This document shows, piece by piece, positions 38,561-52,196 of a stretch of 64,000 nucleotides of DNA (positions are counted from its first letter, which is position 1; each line of letters opens with the position of its first letter). The position numbers and the translations under genes were made by a program. The DNA is taken from the NCBI GenBank assembly GCA_013239625.1, contig MU054323.1:9269186-9333185 (forward strand), in the 5' to 3' direction. The DNA is from Lama guanicoe. Lineage: Eukaryota. The notes beneath the pieces were generated by a model. It searched no databases. It had not been told where the DNA came from and saw nothing but the letters and a program-made list of their open reading frames with translations.

Positions 38561-40481
38561 TTATAGTCATGGCAGTTGGATAAATGAAACTTGTACTTAG
38601 GTCCATAGAATCACACTTCACAGGGTATGTTAGTCCTCTTAGAGTTTAAAATAACCCTAAAACCACACCTTTCTAATAATCTGGGACTGTAACAGAAGTA
38701 AGAATTTAAGTAGGATCTTTCACAAACCTCCTCCCGTTCACCATGTGGAGCTGTTTATAGATCCTTACTTAGGTGGCTCTTAACTATTCTATCAAGTACT
38801 GAGTTGAGAATAGTCTGCATGTATTGATGTTCTATGCTGTGTCAAGGATGATTCTGAGGTTTCTTGCCTGAGACTAAAGAATGGAATTACCATTTACTAA
38901 AATGAGGAATAAATATCAAAGGAAGAACGCAGCTGCTCAGCTCTAAGGACTAGCGCTGTTTGTCACCATTGTCATTTCTTTGGTGGTGGAATGTATTCTG
39001 TGACCTCAGCTTTGATTTTTTCCATTCACTTCTCTCTCTTCTGGCTTTTCTGTCATGGGGTCAGGCTTGTGGTGATAAAGAAGTGCTCTGTCCTTAGCCA
39101 GACGTTGATGTAAGTTAAAAGATGTTGTAAGCAGTAAAACAAACAACACCCAGCTATGCAGATAGAGTTATCATTTTTATCTTTTGAGCTCAAGGTTTAT
39201 ATTTCTGTTTTCATTTTCAAGGTTTTAGGTCAGAGTTTTAAAATTAGGGCCAGGACCTTGAAGCTAGTTGCTTGGGTGTTTGTAGAAAGGAGTGGTGACT
39301 GTTGTGGAATCTTCTGTAAGAGGTGGGCACGCGTCCTTACGTGTGTTCATCAACTCATCCGTAAAAAATATTTGTAAATGCCTGCTGTGTTTAAAGATGT
39401 GTTTTAGGGAATTTGAGGTGCTGTTTTTTTAAGGAGGGAAGGCAGTGGAGATTTAGGGAGCTTTTTAGTGGTAACAACATGATAAACATAGGGATCTACT
39501 CTTTAGAGTAGTTCTAACTCATCCCCAGAGTTCTTTATTCAAACAACATGTCATAGTGAAACCCACTATGTCAAAATCCCAAGCTGCACTCCAGGCTTGC
39601 AGTCAGAGAGGCTAGAAGCCCCAGGACCCCACCAGCTCAGCACACTTTATTGCATGGCAGAATTCCTTAGAACCCCTAGGTGTCTGCAGAGGCCACTTGG
39701 AAAAACTGCAATTCCTTAGCCTTTCCCATCATAAAAAGAAAAAAAAATTATGATGATTTCCCATCATCATAAATGGAGAGGGAAACTTCTTTTATATGAG
39801 CTTTCTCTTTTAGAAAAAAATAGAAGCTATTACTTAAGCGTAGTTAAATGTTTTAAATCACCAAACCTCTGTACATCTTTCCTATAGAGACTAGTTCATA
39901 GAAAGAGTTACTGAAAAATACTAGTTGGTGATAATGATAGTAACAGATTGTCAGGAGATTAGACTCTTACTTGGGGTACCCACTGATGTAACTGGTTTAT
40001 ATGGGTAGGTACAAGTTTGACCTTTGTTTTTACTTCCAGACGTACTGTAAAGGATGGTGATATATGTCATTAGCTTATGGGTTGTTAAGTATTAGTGAAG
40101 TGGTCTGAATGCTTTAGTAAAATCAAATGAATTGAATGGGCAGGTCTGTGCCTATTGTTTGAATTAAAACAATCATACATTCATGTATTCTTTTCATACT
40201 TTTAAAAAACAAAAAGGTAGTACTACTGCATTATAATTCTACTGCACATTTAAAATGCAGATTTAAAAAATCCTAATTGTGCTTTTTAGTAACTAATAAT
40301 TTAATAGTGCTTTTTGATCCTCCCCTACTTTTTCAACCTTCTTTTCTTGCTTGATGTGAGAAAACCCAAATTGAAGATGCCTGCAGTTTGAACAGGTTGA
40401 ACTTGTGGCCTTGGCTGTAATTGTCACTTCACAATCGATTCTGGATTTTAATCTTATTATTATATCTTTTTTTCCCCACAG

Positions 40482-40556
40482 ACTGGTGAATTTTCAGCTC
40501 GTTTCCTTTTGAAGTTGCCGGTCGATTTCAGCAATATTCCCACATACCTGCTCAAG
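40482..40556 (+). CDS. BABAM2: BABAM2/BRE internal coding exon, 75 nt, phase 0/0 (probably exon 6)
   Basis: Translates [25 protein letters not shown], continuing directly from ...KKNNW in BRE. Acceptor tttttttccccacag|ACT; donor AAG|gtaaaa. Too short for the ORF track. Confidence 0.96.
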
Positions 40557-43070
40557 GTAAAAGTCTATGATTATCAGTATGAGAATATAAATGAGCTTTT
40601 AAAGTAATTATTTAACTCTGAATATTTGTATGGTGTGCCAGCATTTTGTCCAGGTGATGAATTCTATTAAAAATGTTGTTGCATGAAGATCCACTGAGTC
40701 ACTATTACCTAGAAGCTAAAATAGTAGCCCTAAAAATAATTTTAAAATGGATTTTCCTTGTAAGATAAAATTACTATAAGTAAATTAAACATTAGAAAAA
40801 ATTGCCTTTAGTTAATAATCTTTTGGGGATGAAAGACTCTCTTAGAAATTATCTTAATATGTATTCCGTCTTTAAGTAGTATTGCATATTAACTGTGCTG
40901 TGCCGACTGGCATTTCATTTTCTTTATTTATGTTAGCAGTTGATCTCAGGACCTTCAAAGTCGGACTGTCATGAAGAAACCCAGAATTGAGTTAGGCCAA
41001 TGAGTATGGCATTCTTTAAAATGTGGTGCAGGCAAGATGAGGCTCGGGAATAGCTGCTTTGGGGAGGGCTCTGCAAATGCTTTGTGAAGAAGAGGTGAAA
41101 TCCAAATCTTCACTAGGCTGTGGTTAGTGTGAAAGAAACTGAATGGACCGGGGAACCAGCCAGTACTGAACAGAAAGCCTTAAGATGAAGGCCCAGGTTT
41201 ATCATAGATGAGGACTTGAGTTGCAGTTTAAGATAGGACCTCAGTGCCAAGTTGAGCCTGTGGCGGTGTAGCTCTGGCTTAATGTAAGAAGAATTTCTGC
41301 CTTCCTCATTTGATGTTCAAAGAGTTAATGATATTTATAACAGTCTACTGAGAAGATAGGATCCTTGTACAAGTTTTTCTGTGTATTATAATAGTCATAA
41401 ATAATATTAATCTTGATAATGATTAGAATTATGGTCTGGAAGAATATAAACTATAGACATTGAAAAGATTAGGGAATACTTTTTTTTTTTTTACATTCCA
41501 TCCAAGGGATTTATTAGTTTCTTTTCCCCTAAGTAAAACGTGGGATCTTTGTGCCTTATTAAATTTTCATTTTTGATTTCTAGTTGACTATTTTCCTGCT
41601 CTGTATCCAAGAGTTGTAAAGTCCAAGTGAGAATGGAAGTCAGCAATTTATATTAGTTTCTCAATACTCCTGGTGTGGAAAATATACATATTAGATCTGT
41701 GATAACCAGGCATAATTGATTTGGTTTCAGCAATTACTGTGTCCTATTAGAACAGCCAACAGTCTCCTTGGAAACTCTTAGATCACAGACTCATTGATTG
41801 CCATGTATTCCAGTTAAAACCCTATTTCACCTCACTTAAAACTAAATTCAGTAGTATATGAGAGTACATTGTTCATATAATCACTTTAATCCATAATTTA
41901 CAGTTATAGTGCCTTCGTTTGATGTGTTGCGCCTTATCAGTTTGAATGGTATTGAAACTTAGTGTTGTCTCTGCTCATGTTATTGGGGGTCAAAGGAAAA
42001 AAAATACTTCTTAGATCATAATCTATGTGAATTTTTTTCTCTTCAAAATCAAATTTCCATATTTTATGTTCAAGGATTTTGACTTTATATTATCATGCCC
42101 TTGCTTTCCTTGCCAGTCAGGTAGGGAAACATTGAATTCTATTTGGCACAATGGGAACCCATTTTTTCCCTTCCAAAAGTACAATGAAGTGACTTTTCTG
42201 CCATAGATGGAAATGCCTCCCTTGCAGCACTAATGTCTTTCTGGATCTTTAGTTCCTACAAAGAGAGTAAAACAGCAAGGACAGAAAAAGAGAAACCCTG
42301 TACAACACAAAACTAATGCAAAAAAAAAAAATCTACCTGCAGACCAGAAGTAATCCAGAATACATACTGAAGGTTTTAAGATCAAAGTTCCTAAAGCTGT
42401 GTCATAATCTTGGAACATTTGGTTATACTCTTAAAACTAAGTTTGTGTTAGGAATGGCTTTACATATTATTTGCATTTGGATTCTCCTAATCTAATGAAG
42501 TGAAAGGTAAAGTAGAATTTTTAACTATTAAGATATCATGGAGTTTGGCTACATATCCTACCAATTTGCTACAGTGAAATGAAATTTCATTACCCTATTA
42601 TGAAGCTATCATTCACTCATATTTTCAAATGTACCTGTTTTATCTACAAATAGAATTTTTTATGTTAGAGTGAAAAAGCCGTTAAATACTCAGTGATATG
42701 ATTTTGCTTTATATTATACTATAAGCATATATCGTTCTTTCATGGGATAGAATGAATTAACTCTGTAAATGAGTCATGACTTCAGCATCTGAATTTTATT
42801 CTGAGGTAAGTCAAAGGGTTAGATAAATGACTTACAAAAAACTCAGTCAGTTAAAAAAAACTTCTGTGTTAGTTAGGATTCCTTATTTATGGGTGGTAGA
42901 ACTCCAGCACAAACTAGTATAAATTAAACAGGAAATGTAGTACAAATCCTCTGCTTCCGTAGTCCACATAGCAGAAAACAGATTACAGTTAGACATAAAC
43001 CAACTTTCCCATGTCTGTCCTACTTGGGCCCAGGTGTGCATCTCGGAATTTCTCAACTGAAGAGAATGTG

Positions 43071-44500
43071 GTCCATCCATGTTGCTGCAAATGGCATTAT
43101 TTTATTCTTTTTTATGGCTGAGTAGTATTCCATTGTGTATAAATACCACATTTATCCATTCATCTGTTGATAGAAACTGACTTATTTTAGTAAAATACTT
43201 CCATAACTTAGCTGTTGTATGTAATACACCATGAACATTGGGGTGCATGTATCTTTTCAAATTAGTGTTTTTGTTTTCTTTGGATAAATACCCAGGACTG
43301 GAATTGCTGGATCATGTGGTAGTTTTATTTTTAGTTTTTGAGGAACCTCCATACTGTTCTCCATAGTGACTGCACCAATTTACATTCCCACCAACAGTTT
43401 ACAAGGATTCCCTTTCCTCCACAGCTTCACCAGCATTTATTTGTGATCTTTTTGATGATAGCCATTCTGACAGGTGTGAGGTGATACCTCATTGGGGGTT
43501 TGATTTATATTTCTCTGATGATTAGTGATATTCAGCTTATTTTCATGTGCCTGTTGACCATGTGTATGTCTTTTTTTGGAAAAATGTCTATTTCAGTTCT
43601 TGTGCCCATTTTAAAAAATTGTTATGTTTATTTATTTATTTATTTTGATATTGAGTTATATGAGCTGTTTGTATATTTTGGATATTAACCCCTTATTGGT
43701 CATGTCATTTTGCAAATATTTTCTCACATTCAGTAGATTGTCTTTTTGTCTTGTCAGTGGTTTCCTTTGCTGTGTGAAAAATTTTAAATTTAATTGGGTA
43801 CCATTTGTTTATTTTTACTTTTGCTTTCTTTGCCCTAGGAGATAGATGCAAAAAATGTTGCTATGATTTATGTCATGTTTTCTACTGGGAATTTCATGGT
43901 TTCATAGCTTACATTGAGATCTTTAATCTATTTTAATTTATTTTTGTATATGATGTGACAAAATGTTCTAATTTCATTCTTTTACATGTATATGTCCAGT
44001 TTTGCCAGCACCACTTATTGAGGATGTCTTTTCTTCATTGTATATTCTTAGTCATAGATTAATTGACCACAGATGTGTAGGTTTATTTCTGGGCTTCCTA
44101 TTCTGTTCCATTGATCCATGTGTCTGTTGTGCCAGTACTACTGTTTTGATTACTGTAGCTTTGTAGTATAGTCTAAAATTAAGGTGTGTGATGCCTCCAG
44201 CTTTGTTTTCCTTTCTCAAGATTGTTTTGGCTATTTGAGGTCTTTTGTGTTTCCATACAAATTTTAGAATGATTTGTTCTAGTTCTGTTAAAAAAAATGC
44301 CATTGGTATTTTGATAAGGATTGCATTGAATCTGTAGGCTACCTTTGGTAGTATGGTCATTTTAACAATATTAATTTTTCCAATCCATGAACACAGTATA
44401 GCTTTCCATCTGTTTGTGTTCTCTTCAATTTCTTTTTTCAGGATCTTACAGTTTTCTGAGTACAGCTCTTTTACCTACTTAGATAAGTTTATTCCTAGTT
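43071..44500 (-). mobile_element. L1 ORF2 3' portion, antisense, lacking its 3' terminus
   Basis: ORF 44052-44360 [50 protein letters not shown] is L1 ORF2p. Confidence 0.9.
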
Positions 44501-44526
44501 TTTCTTTTTCCCACTATTATATTTGC

Positions 44527-45400
44527 TTTTTTAAAAAAATTGAAGTATAGTTGATTTACAATGTTGTATTAGTTTCTGGTGTACAAAAATGTGATTCAAT
44601 TATACATATATAGGTACTCTTTTTCATATTCTTTTGTATTATGTTTTATTATAGGATATTGAATATAGTTCTCTGTACTGTACAGTAGGACCTTGCTCAT
44701 CTGTTTTATATATAGTAGTTTGTATCTGCTAACCCCAAACTCCTAATTTGTCCCTCCCCCACACCTTTCCCCTTGGTGACCATGAGTTTGTTTTCTATGT
44801 CTATGAGTCTCTTTCTGTTTTGTAAATAAGTTTATTTGTGTCATATTTTAGATTCTACTTATAAGAGATATCATATGGTAATTGTTTTTCTCTTTCTGAC
44901 TTACTTCGCTTAGTATGATAATCTCTAGGTCTATCCATGTTGCTGCAAGTGGCACTATTTCATTCTTATTTATGGCTGAATAGTATTCCATTGTGTGTAT
45001 ATATGTCACATCTTTATCCAGTCATCTGTTGATGGACATTTAGGTTGTTTCCATGTCTTGACTACTGTAAGTAGTGCTGCTATGAACACTGGGGTGCATG
45101 TATCTTTTCAAATTATAGTTTTCTCCAAGTACATGCCCAGGAGTGGATTTGCTGGGTCATACAGCAACTCTGTTTTTAGTTTTTTAAGGAAACTTCACAC
45201 TGTTTTCCATAGTGGCTGCACCAATTTACATTCCCACCAACAGTGTAGGAGGGTTCCCTTTTTTCAATACCCTCTCCAGCATTTGTTATCTGTAGACTTT
45301 TTAATGATGGCCATTCTGACCTTCATTGTAGTTTTGATTTCCTTTTCTCTAATAGTTAGCGATGTTGAGCATCTTTTCACGTGCCTATTGGCCATCTTCT
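44527..45400 (-). mobile_element. 5'-truncated L1 3' end (artiodactyl type), antisense
   Basis: ttttttaaaaaaattgaagtatagttgatttacaatg...gtggctgcaccaatttacattcccaccaacag. Confidence 0.9.
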
Positions 45401-46239
45401 AAATTATAATTTTAGAATGGAGCTGTATCTCAGATGTCTATCAGTTGACCTGCTTTGCTACTCTATCCCCATGTATACTGAAAGTTCTTCAAGTACAGTG
45501 TATTTGCTACATAGCATAATCTGCAACATGAATTAGTTCATAAATGATTGATAAATAGTAGGAGCACGTCAGTATAATGCAAAAGTTGCCATGGTTTAGA
45601 GTTTATATTTCATAGCATATTAATAGTTTGACCACTAAATAACAGCAGCTGAATGAAAGGACACTAAGGCAGAGGAGCTTAGCAAGCTGTGGAGGGTATT
45701 GTATGGCACACAATGTGCATTCACTCCATATCCTTCCACTTGGCTCAATTTTTCAGTACACTCTGTATTTAAGTATTTATTGCATGGCTTCTCCCCATCT
45801 TTGTGGAAAAGAAAACACAAGACAATAATCCAGAGCTCTCCCTCTCTGGCATCATTACACTTTGTCCAAAACCTGCTTCTCCACTGTAACTTCTAATGAT
45901 GATGACCCTCTGCTCTTTCCTGTTAACTCAGCAGTTTCCATCTTTCCTGTAGGCCCTTTCATTAAGTAGCCTGTAGCTTTTTAAAAGTCCTATATTTAGT
46001 ATAACAGTTCTTTGTTTATTAGGAGTATTGCATGCCATTTTAAGTATAATAGTTACTGGAATTACTTTGGTTTTTGTTAATGCTGTGGTTACATAGTTGT
46101 ATAGGCAACTGTAAGGTAAGGTCTAGCCTTACCATATTTTTCTCATAAACCTTTTATTCTTAATGTGTAATTTACTAGAATGCAGTTTTTTTTAAAGGAA
46201 TGCATATATCACATTACAGCAGAAACACTTATATTCAAA

Positions 46240-46420
46240 CAACCAGAGATTCTCTTCTTTTATAGGCTAGACGTCTTTAGTCCTTTACACTTTTATGTCA
46301 TAAGTTTTTAAATCCTTCACTATGCTCATACTTCTCTTCAGGAATATATTCCAGTTTGCCAGCATCTGTCTTAAACTGTGGTGCCCAGAAATACATCAGA
46401 CAGGATTGATCAGGTCAATG
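46240..46420 (-). mobile_element. L3/CR1 fragment
   Basis: ttccagtttgccagcatctgtcttaaactgtggtgcccagaa is a typical antisense L3 motif. Confidence 0.5.
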
Positions 46421-47478
46421 CTGATTAGTATTTACTGAGCTTGTGAAAAAAATCATACTTCCTTGTTTTATGAATCCTGTTTTATGCAGTTGGTTTTTTT
46501 AAGGCAAGTATAGATGAATCCCTTCATATTGTCTTTTTGAATTTGCTCTATTTTTTTAGCCTGTTTATGGGGGAGGTGTTGCCACCTATAATTCAGAAAG
46601 GGAAGTATGGATTGGAACCAGGTAGCGCAGTGACGGTGACAGGAATTATGGGATGTGCTCATTACAGGTTGACCATTTTTTATTTGGAGCTGTTTTCTCT
46701 TCGGTGACATTTTCTCTACCCACATCGTAAGGTTACCACCTGGCACCTGACAGGGGTGATGTCAGTTTATCACCCTCATCTATTGTCATTAATCCATTTT
46801 TTCAATCGGCAGACCTACAGTTCAAATAAAAGTAATATCTGATTTGGGGCATAAGATGATTGCGTACACAATAGTAATGCAAGTCATAATGATTTTAAAT
46901 CCCGTAAGAGAAGTACAGAGTTCTTCAGTGCGTTGGTGAGAGATTACATCTGGTTAGAAAAGACTTTTATAAAGGAGGTGACACAGGATGGGCCTGAAAG
47001 ACTCATACTGGTAGAGAGAAGCTAGACAAAGAATGAGCATGGTTTCAGGTGGCAATGAAAACACATTTGGAGAATACGAGAATGATCTAGTTTGGCTAAA
47101 TCATAGAACATGTACACTGATTAGTGGGAGAGAAGAAAGGAAAAGCTTTTTAAAGGTGTAATGACTTAGGTAAAGCCTTAAATACTCAACTAAGGAGTTG
47201 AGTATTTTTTTGAGTAGTACTTTGATTGGGATTGTATTTACAAAGAGAAATCTGCCAGGAAACAATATATAATAAAATGATTGGGGAGAAGGAGGAGGGA
47301 AATGAGGCTAATAGTCAGGGTTCAAAGGATGTAAAAGTGAATATTAAGGCTCCTGGTGACCCATGTTTCAGACTTGCTGAAGTTTTCATACCTGCAGCTG
47401 CCATGTTTACTCACCTAACTCAATGATCAACCTGTGAAGATGAGGAAGAGGAAAGGATGCAGTCAAAACCTTTTAAGT

Positions 47479-47757
47479 CAGTGCTACCCCAAATGTATGT
47501 TTTGGTTCATGACAAGATAAGTACAGAATTGATAGTCTTTAGAAACATTTAAAGCAGTTTGACAGAATAATCATATGTCTGTTGGCTGTAATGATAAAAA
47601 TATTGGGTTTGCATTTTGATGTTTTAAAATTTTTTTCTTTTTATATTAACTCATTTTTTATGTATTTTATGAAGCCTTCAATCTGTGGAGGATTAGGAAA
47701 AACAACACAAAATAAATAGTAACTGTTTCTTCACTGTGGATAGTTTGAGACGTACTG
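47479..47757. mobile_element. hAT-Charlie4-like MITE
   Basis: TIRs cagtgctaccccaaa ... tttgagacgtactg. Confidence 0.65.
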
Positions 47758-48171
47758 TTCTAGCCCACACCTTGCCTTCTATGGCCCCTGGCCACCATTG
47801 CCTCCCTTATGCGGAGACACAACAGGCTGTTAAGTATCCTTGGGGGTTTTCAGTCTTATTCTTTTTTGTTGAGCTGGGATTTGTATTCACTGTTACCCAA
47901 TGTTCCACTCCCCCAACCTTTTTAAATAAGTGCACCCCCCAGGGTTTGGAGTAAGAGAAGGAACCTGTAACCCTTGATTAGAATGTCATATGTTAGAAGA
48001 AAAAAAGAGAGAGAGAGATTAACAGGACACTTAGATTTTGATCTTGTTTTATGACAAAATAATGTCACAGTGATACGTGCTCTCTTTCTACCATGTTCTG
48101 AAGATCCCTTTGCTTTCTTGAACACATTTGCTGCAGCTTTGTTCTTACATTATGACTATATTGTTGGAATG

Positions 48172-51100
48172 AATGATACCCAGAAACCTGGTTAGTGTTG
48201 CTGGATCATATGGTAATTCTATTTTTAACTTTTTGTGGAACCTCCATACTGTTTTCCACAGTGACTGTACCAATTTACATTCCTGTCAACAGTGCATGAG
48301 GGTTCTGTTTTCTACACATCCTCACATTCTATCTAATAGATCTGAGGTGATATCTCATTGTAGTTTTGATTCGCATTTCTCTGATGATTACTGATGTCAA
48401 GCATGTTTTCATGTCTCTGTGGGCCATCTGTATGTCGTCTTTGGAAAAATATCTGTTCAGATCTTCTGCCCATTTTTTAATCAGGTTGTTTCTTTTCTTT
48501 TCTTTTTTTGATGTTGTGTGACTTTGTTTGTGGTATGGCTTCTTTTGTCTTTTTTGGTTATTAACACCTTATCAGATATATCACTTGCAAATATCTTCTC
48601 CCATGCAGTAGGCTGCCTTTTAGTTTAGTTTTGTTGATAGTTTCCTTTGTTGTGCAAAAGCTTTTAGTTTGATGTAGTCCCATTTGTTTTCATTCGCTTT
48701 TGTTTTCCTTGCCTGAGAAGACCTTTCTAAAAAAAAACATTGCTAAGACTGATGTCAAAGAGCATACTGTCCATGTTTTCTTCTAGTTTTATGATTTCAG
48801 GGCTTACATTTAAGTCTTTAATCCATTATAAGTTCACTTTTTGCATATGATGTGAGCAAGTAGTCTAGTTTTATTTTTTTGCATCTGGCTGTCCTATTTT
48901 CCCAAGACCATTTATTGAAGAGGCTGTCTTTTCCTACTGTATGTTCTCACCTCTTTTGTCGTAGATTAATTGACCATACAAGTAAACATGGGCTTATTTC
49001 TGGGCTCTCTATTCTGTTTCATTTATCTATGTGTGTTTTTGTGCCAGTACCATACTGTTTTGATTATTGTAGCTTTGTAGTACTATTTGAAATCAGGGCA
49101 TGTGATACCTCCAAGTTTGTTCTTTTTTCTCGAGATTGTTTTGGCTATTTGAAGTCTTTTGTGTTTCCATAGAAATTTTAGAATTATTTGTAGTAGTTCT
49201 GTGAAAAATATCATTAGTATATTGAAAGGGATTGCATTGAATCTATAGATTGTGTTGGGTAGTATGGTGATTTTAACAGTAATAATTCTTCCAATCCATG
49301 ATTGTGGCATATCTTTCCATTTGTTCCTTTTGTCTTTAATTTCTTTCATCAGTATCTTACTGTTTTCCAAATAAAAGGTCTTTTTTTTTAACCTCCTTGG
49401 TTAGATTTATTTCCAGATATTTTATTCTTTTTGATGTAGTTGTAAATGGAATTGTTTCCTTAAGTTCTCTTTCTGATAGTTTTTTGTTAGTATATAGTAA
49501 TACAACAGATTTCTCTATGAGTTTTGTATCCTGCAACTTTACTGAATTCATTTATTAGCTCTAATAGGTTTTGGTAGCATCTTTAGAATTTTCTGTAATA
49601 GTGTTATGTTATCTGCAAACAGTTTAAAGTCCTTTACTATTACTGTATTACTGTCAATTTCTCCCTTTATGTTTGTTAATATTTACTTTATGTGTTTAGG
49701 TGCTCCTAAGTTGAGTGTGTATAGATTTACAATTGTTATACCTTTTTGTTGGATTGATCCCTTGATCATTATGTAATGTTCTTTTTTGTCTCATGTGACA
49801 GTCTTTGTTTTAAAGTCTATTTTGTCAGATGTAAGTATTGCTACTCCAACTTTCTTTTTGTTTCCATTTGCATGGAATACCTTTTTCCATTCCCTCACTT
49901 TCAGTTTGTGTATGTTGTAAGCACTAAAGTAAGTCTTTTGTATGCAGCGAACATATGGGTCTTGGTTTTTTTTTGTTTTTTTAACCCATTCAGTCATTTG
50001 ATTGGAGCATTTAGTTAACATTTAATGTAATTATTGATAGGTATGTACTTATTGCCATTTTGTTAATGGCTTTCTGGTTGTTTTTGTAGGTTTTTTTTTT
50101 TTTTTTGGTTGTTCCCTTTTTTTTCCTTTTTTTTTTTTCCCTTTATTTTGCTCTCTTCCCTTGTGATTTGATGACTATCTTTAGTGTTATGTTTCAATTC
50201 CTTTCTCTTGTTTGTATATGTATCTATTATAGATTTTTGATTTGTGTTTACTATGAGGTTCATGTATTGTGTATATATACACACACACACACACACGTAT
50301 GTAAAGTTATTATTTTAAGTTGATGATGTCTTAAATTTGAACACATTCTAACAACTGCATTTTTACTCTTCCCCTGCTGCCACATTGAATGTTTTCAACA
50401 TTATATTTTATATCTTTTTGTTTTTGTATCCCTTAATTACTTATTGTGAATATAGATGATTTTACTGCTTTTGTTTTTTAACCTTCCTACTAGCTTTAAA
50501 AGTGGTTTATCTTTAGTGTATGTTTGCCTTTACCAATGACTTTTCTTTTGTACTTTTAATGTTTCTAGTTGTAGTCTTTTCTTTTCCGCTTACAGAAGTC
50601 CCTTTAATACTTCTTGTAAAGTTAGTTTAGCGGTGCTAAACTGTTTCAGCTTTTCTTGTCTGTAAAACTCTTTATCTCTCCTTCAAATCTGAATGATGGC
50701 CTTGCCAGGTAAAATATACTTATTGTAGGTTTTTATCTTTTCATCACTTTGAATATATTATGCCACTCCTTTCCGGCCTGCAATGTTTTTGCTAAAAAGT
50801 CAGCTCATAGTCTTATGGGGGTTCCCTTATATGTAACTAGTTGCTTTTCTCTTTCTGCTTTTAATATTCTCTCTTTATTTTATTTTTTGCATTTTAATCA
50901 TAATGTGTCTTGGTGTGGACCTCTTTGGGTTCATCTTGTTTGGGACTCTGTACTTCCTGGACCTGAATGTTTTTTTTCCCTCAGGTTAGGGAAGTTTTTA
51001 ACTATTTCTTCTTCTAAAAATTTTTATGCCCCTTTCTCTCTCTTTTCTCCTTCTGGGATTCCTATAAAATGAATGCTGGCACACTTGATGTTGTACCAGA

Positions 51101-51895
51101 GGTCTCTTAAACTATCTTCATTTTTAAAAATTCTTTTTTCTATTCAAACCTGCTGGTAGATGTTGCCAGGTCCAGGTGCATCTGGCAGTGAGGTCTAGAG
51201 TGGGGTCCCAGGGCTGGTGTTGGTCTTTTGGTCGGCCAGTAAGTCACTGGTGCTAATAGGCTAGAGGGAGAACTCAGTGGCACTTGTGAGCACCAGTGTC
51301 TTTGTGATATTGTGAGCTCCCCAAAATGGCTGCCACCAGGATCTCTGTTCCCATGGGCAATCCCAGTTGCCTCCTGCTTCTCTGGGAGGCTCTCCAAGAT
51401 GAGCAGGTGGGTCTGACGCAGGCTTTTTTCAAATTATTGCCTCTGTACTGGTACTCAGAATGTATGAAATTTTGTGCATGCCCTTTAAGAGTGGATTCTC
51501 TGTTACCTACAGCCCTTTGGCTCTCTTATATGCAAGCTCTATTGGCCTTCAAAGCCCTGTGTTCTGGGGGCTCATCTTCCTCGTGACGACCCCTAGACTA
51601 GGGAGCCCAATTTCAAGCTCAGACCCTTTATTCCTTGGGGAAATCCTCTGTAATTGTGATTTTCCTCCTATTTGCAGGTTACTTGCCCCAGGGTATGTGT
51701 CTTGTCTGTACTGCGTGTGTGCTCCTCCTACTCATCTCGTTGTGGTTCCTTCTTTATATCTTTAGTTGTGAAAAATATTCTACTAGTCTTCATGCCATTC
51801 TCATAGATAGTTGCTCTATAAACAGTAGTAATTTTGATGTGCCTGTGGGAGGAAGTGAGTTCAAGGTCTTCCTTCTCCACCATATTGGCCATGCC
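48172..51895 (-). mobile_element. Internally deleted L1 retaining 5' UTR, partial ORF1, endonuclease (EN) and post-RT ORF2; antisense
   Basis: ORFs 49083-49370 ([25 protein letters not shown]) and 49791-50021 (LKVREWKKVFHANGNKKKVGVAILTSDKIDFKTK, EN domain). GC-richer 5' UTR at about 51150-51895. Confidence 0.9.
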
Positions 51896-52196
51896 ACAAA
51901 TTACTTTTTAAAATCATTCCTAGTCATAAGCTGCCAGCATCTAGGGTTTAGCATAGATATAATCGGTTCAGGTACATTTGATGAATCCTCAAGTGGAGCA
52001 ATCCAACGTGCTTTGTCCCCTTGGGTTTCTATGTCTGCCATCTGTGTAATGACTTTTTATTCAAAGAGTACATGGTTTAATGTAACAGCTAGCATTTAGG
52101 GGGGGATTTTTGTCAGAATTTTGCCATTGATAGAGATGGCAGTGCTACACACGTGTGTATTTGATCCTGATAGCTACCCTCTAAGGTGGCACAGTG

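Larger units (their letters stand above)
22862..40481 (+). other. BABAM2: BABAM2 intron between the two exons (17,620 nt, GT-AG)
   Basis: Bounded by gtaagg and ccacag; the spliced exons join in frame. Confidence 0.93.

Noticed and set aside
43071..51895. Active or full-length L1
   Set aside because: Multiple stops, frameshifts, internal deletions and missing 3' ends.
51326..52099. 86-154 aa ORFs on the + strand
   Set aside because: They lie mostly antisense within the L1 5' UTR and have no recognisable protein signature.
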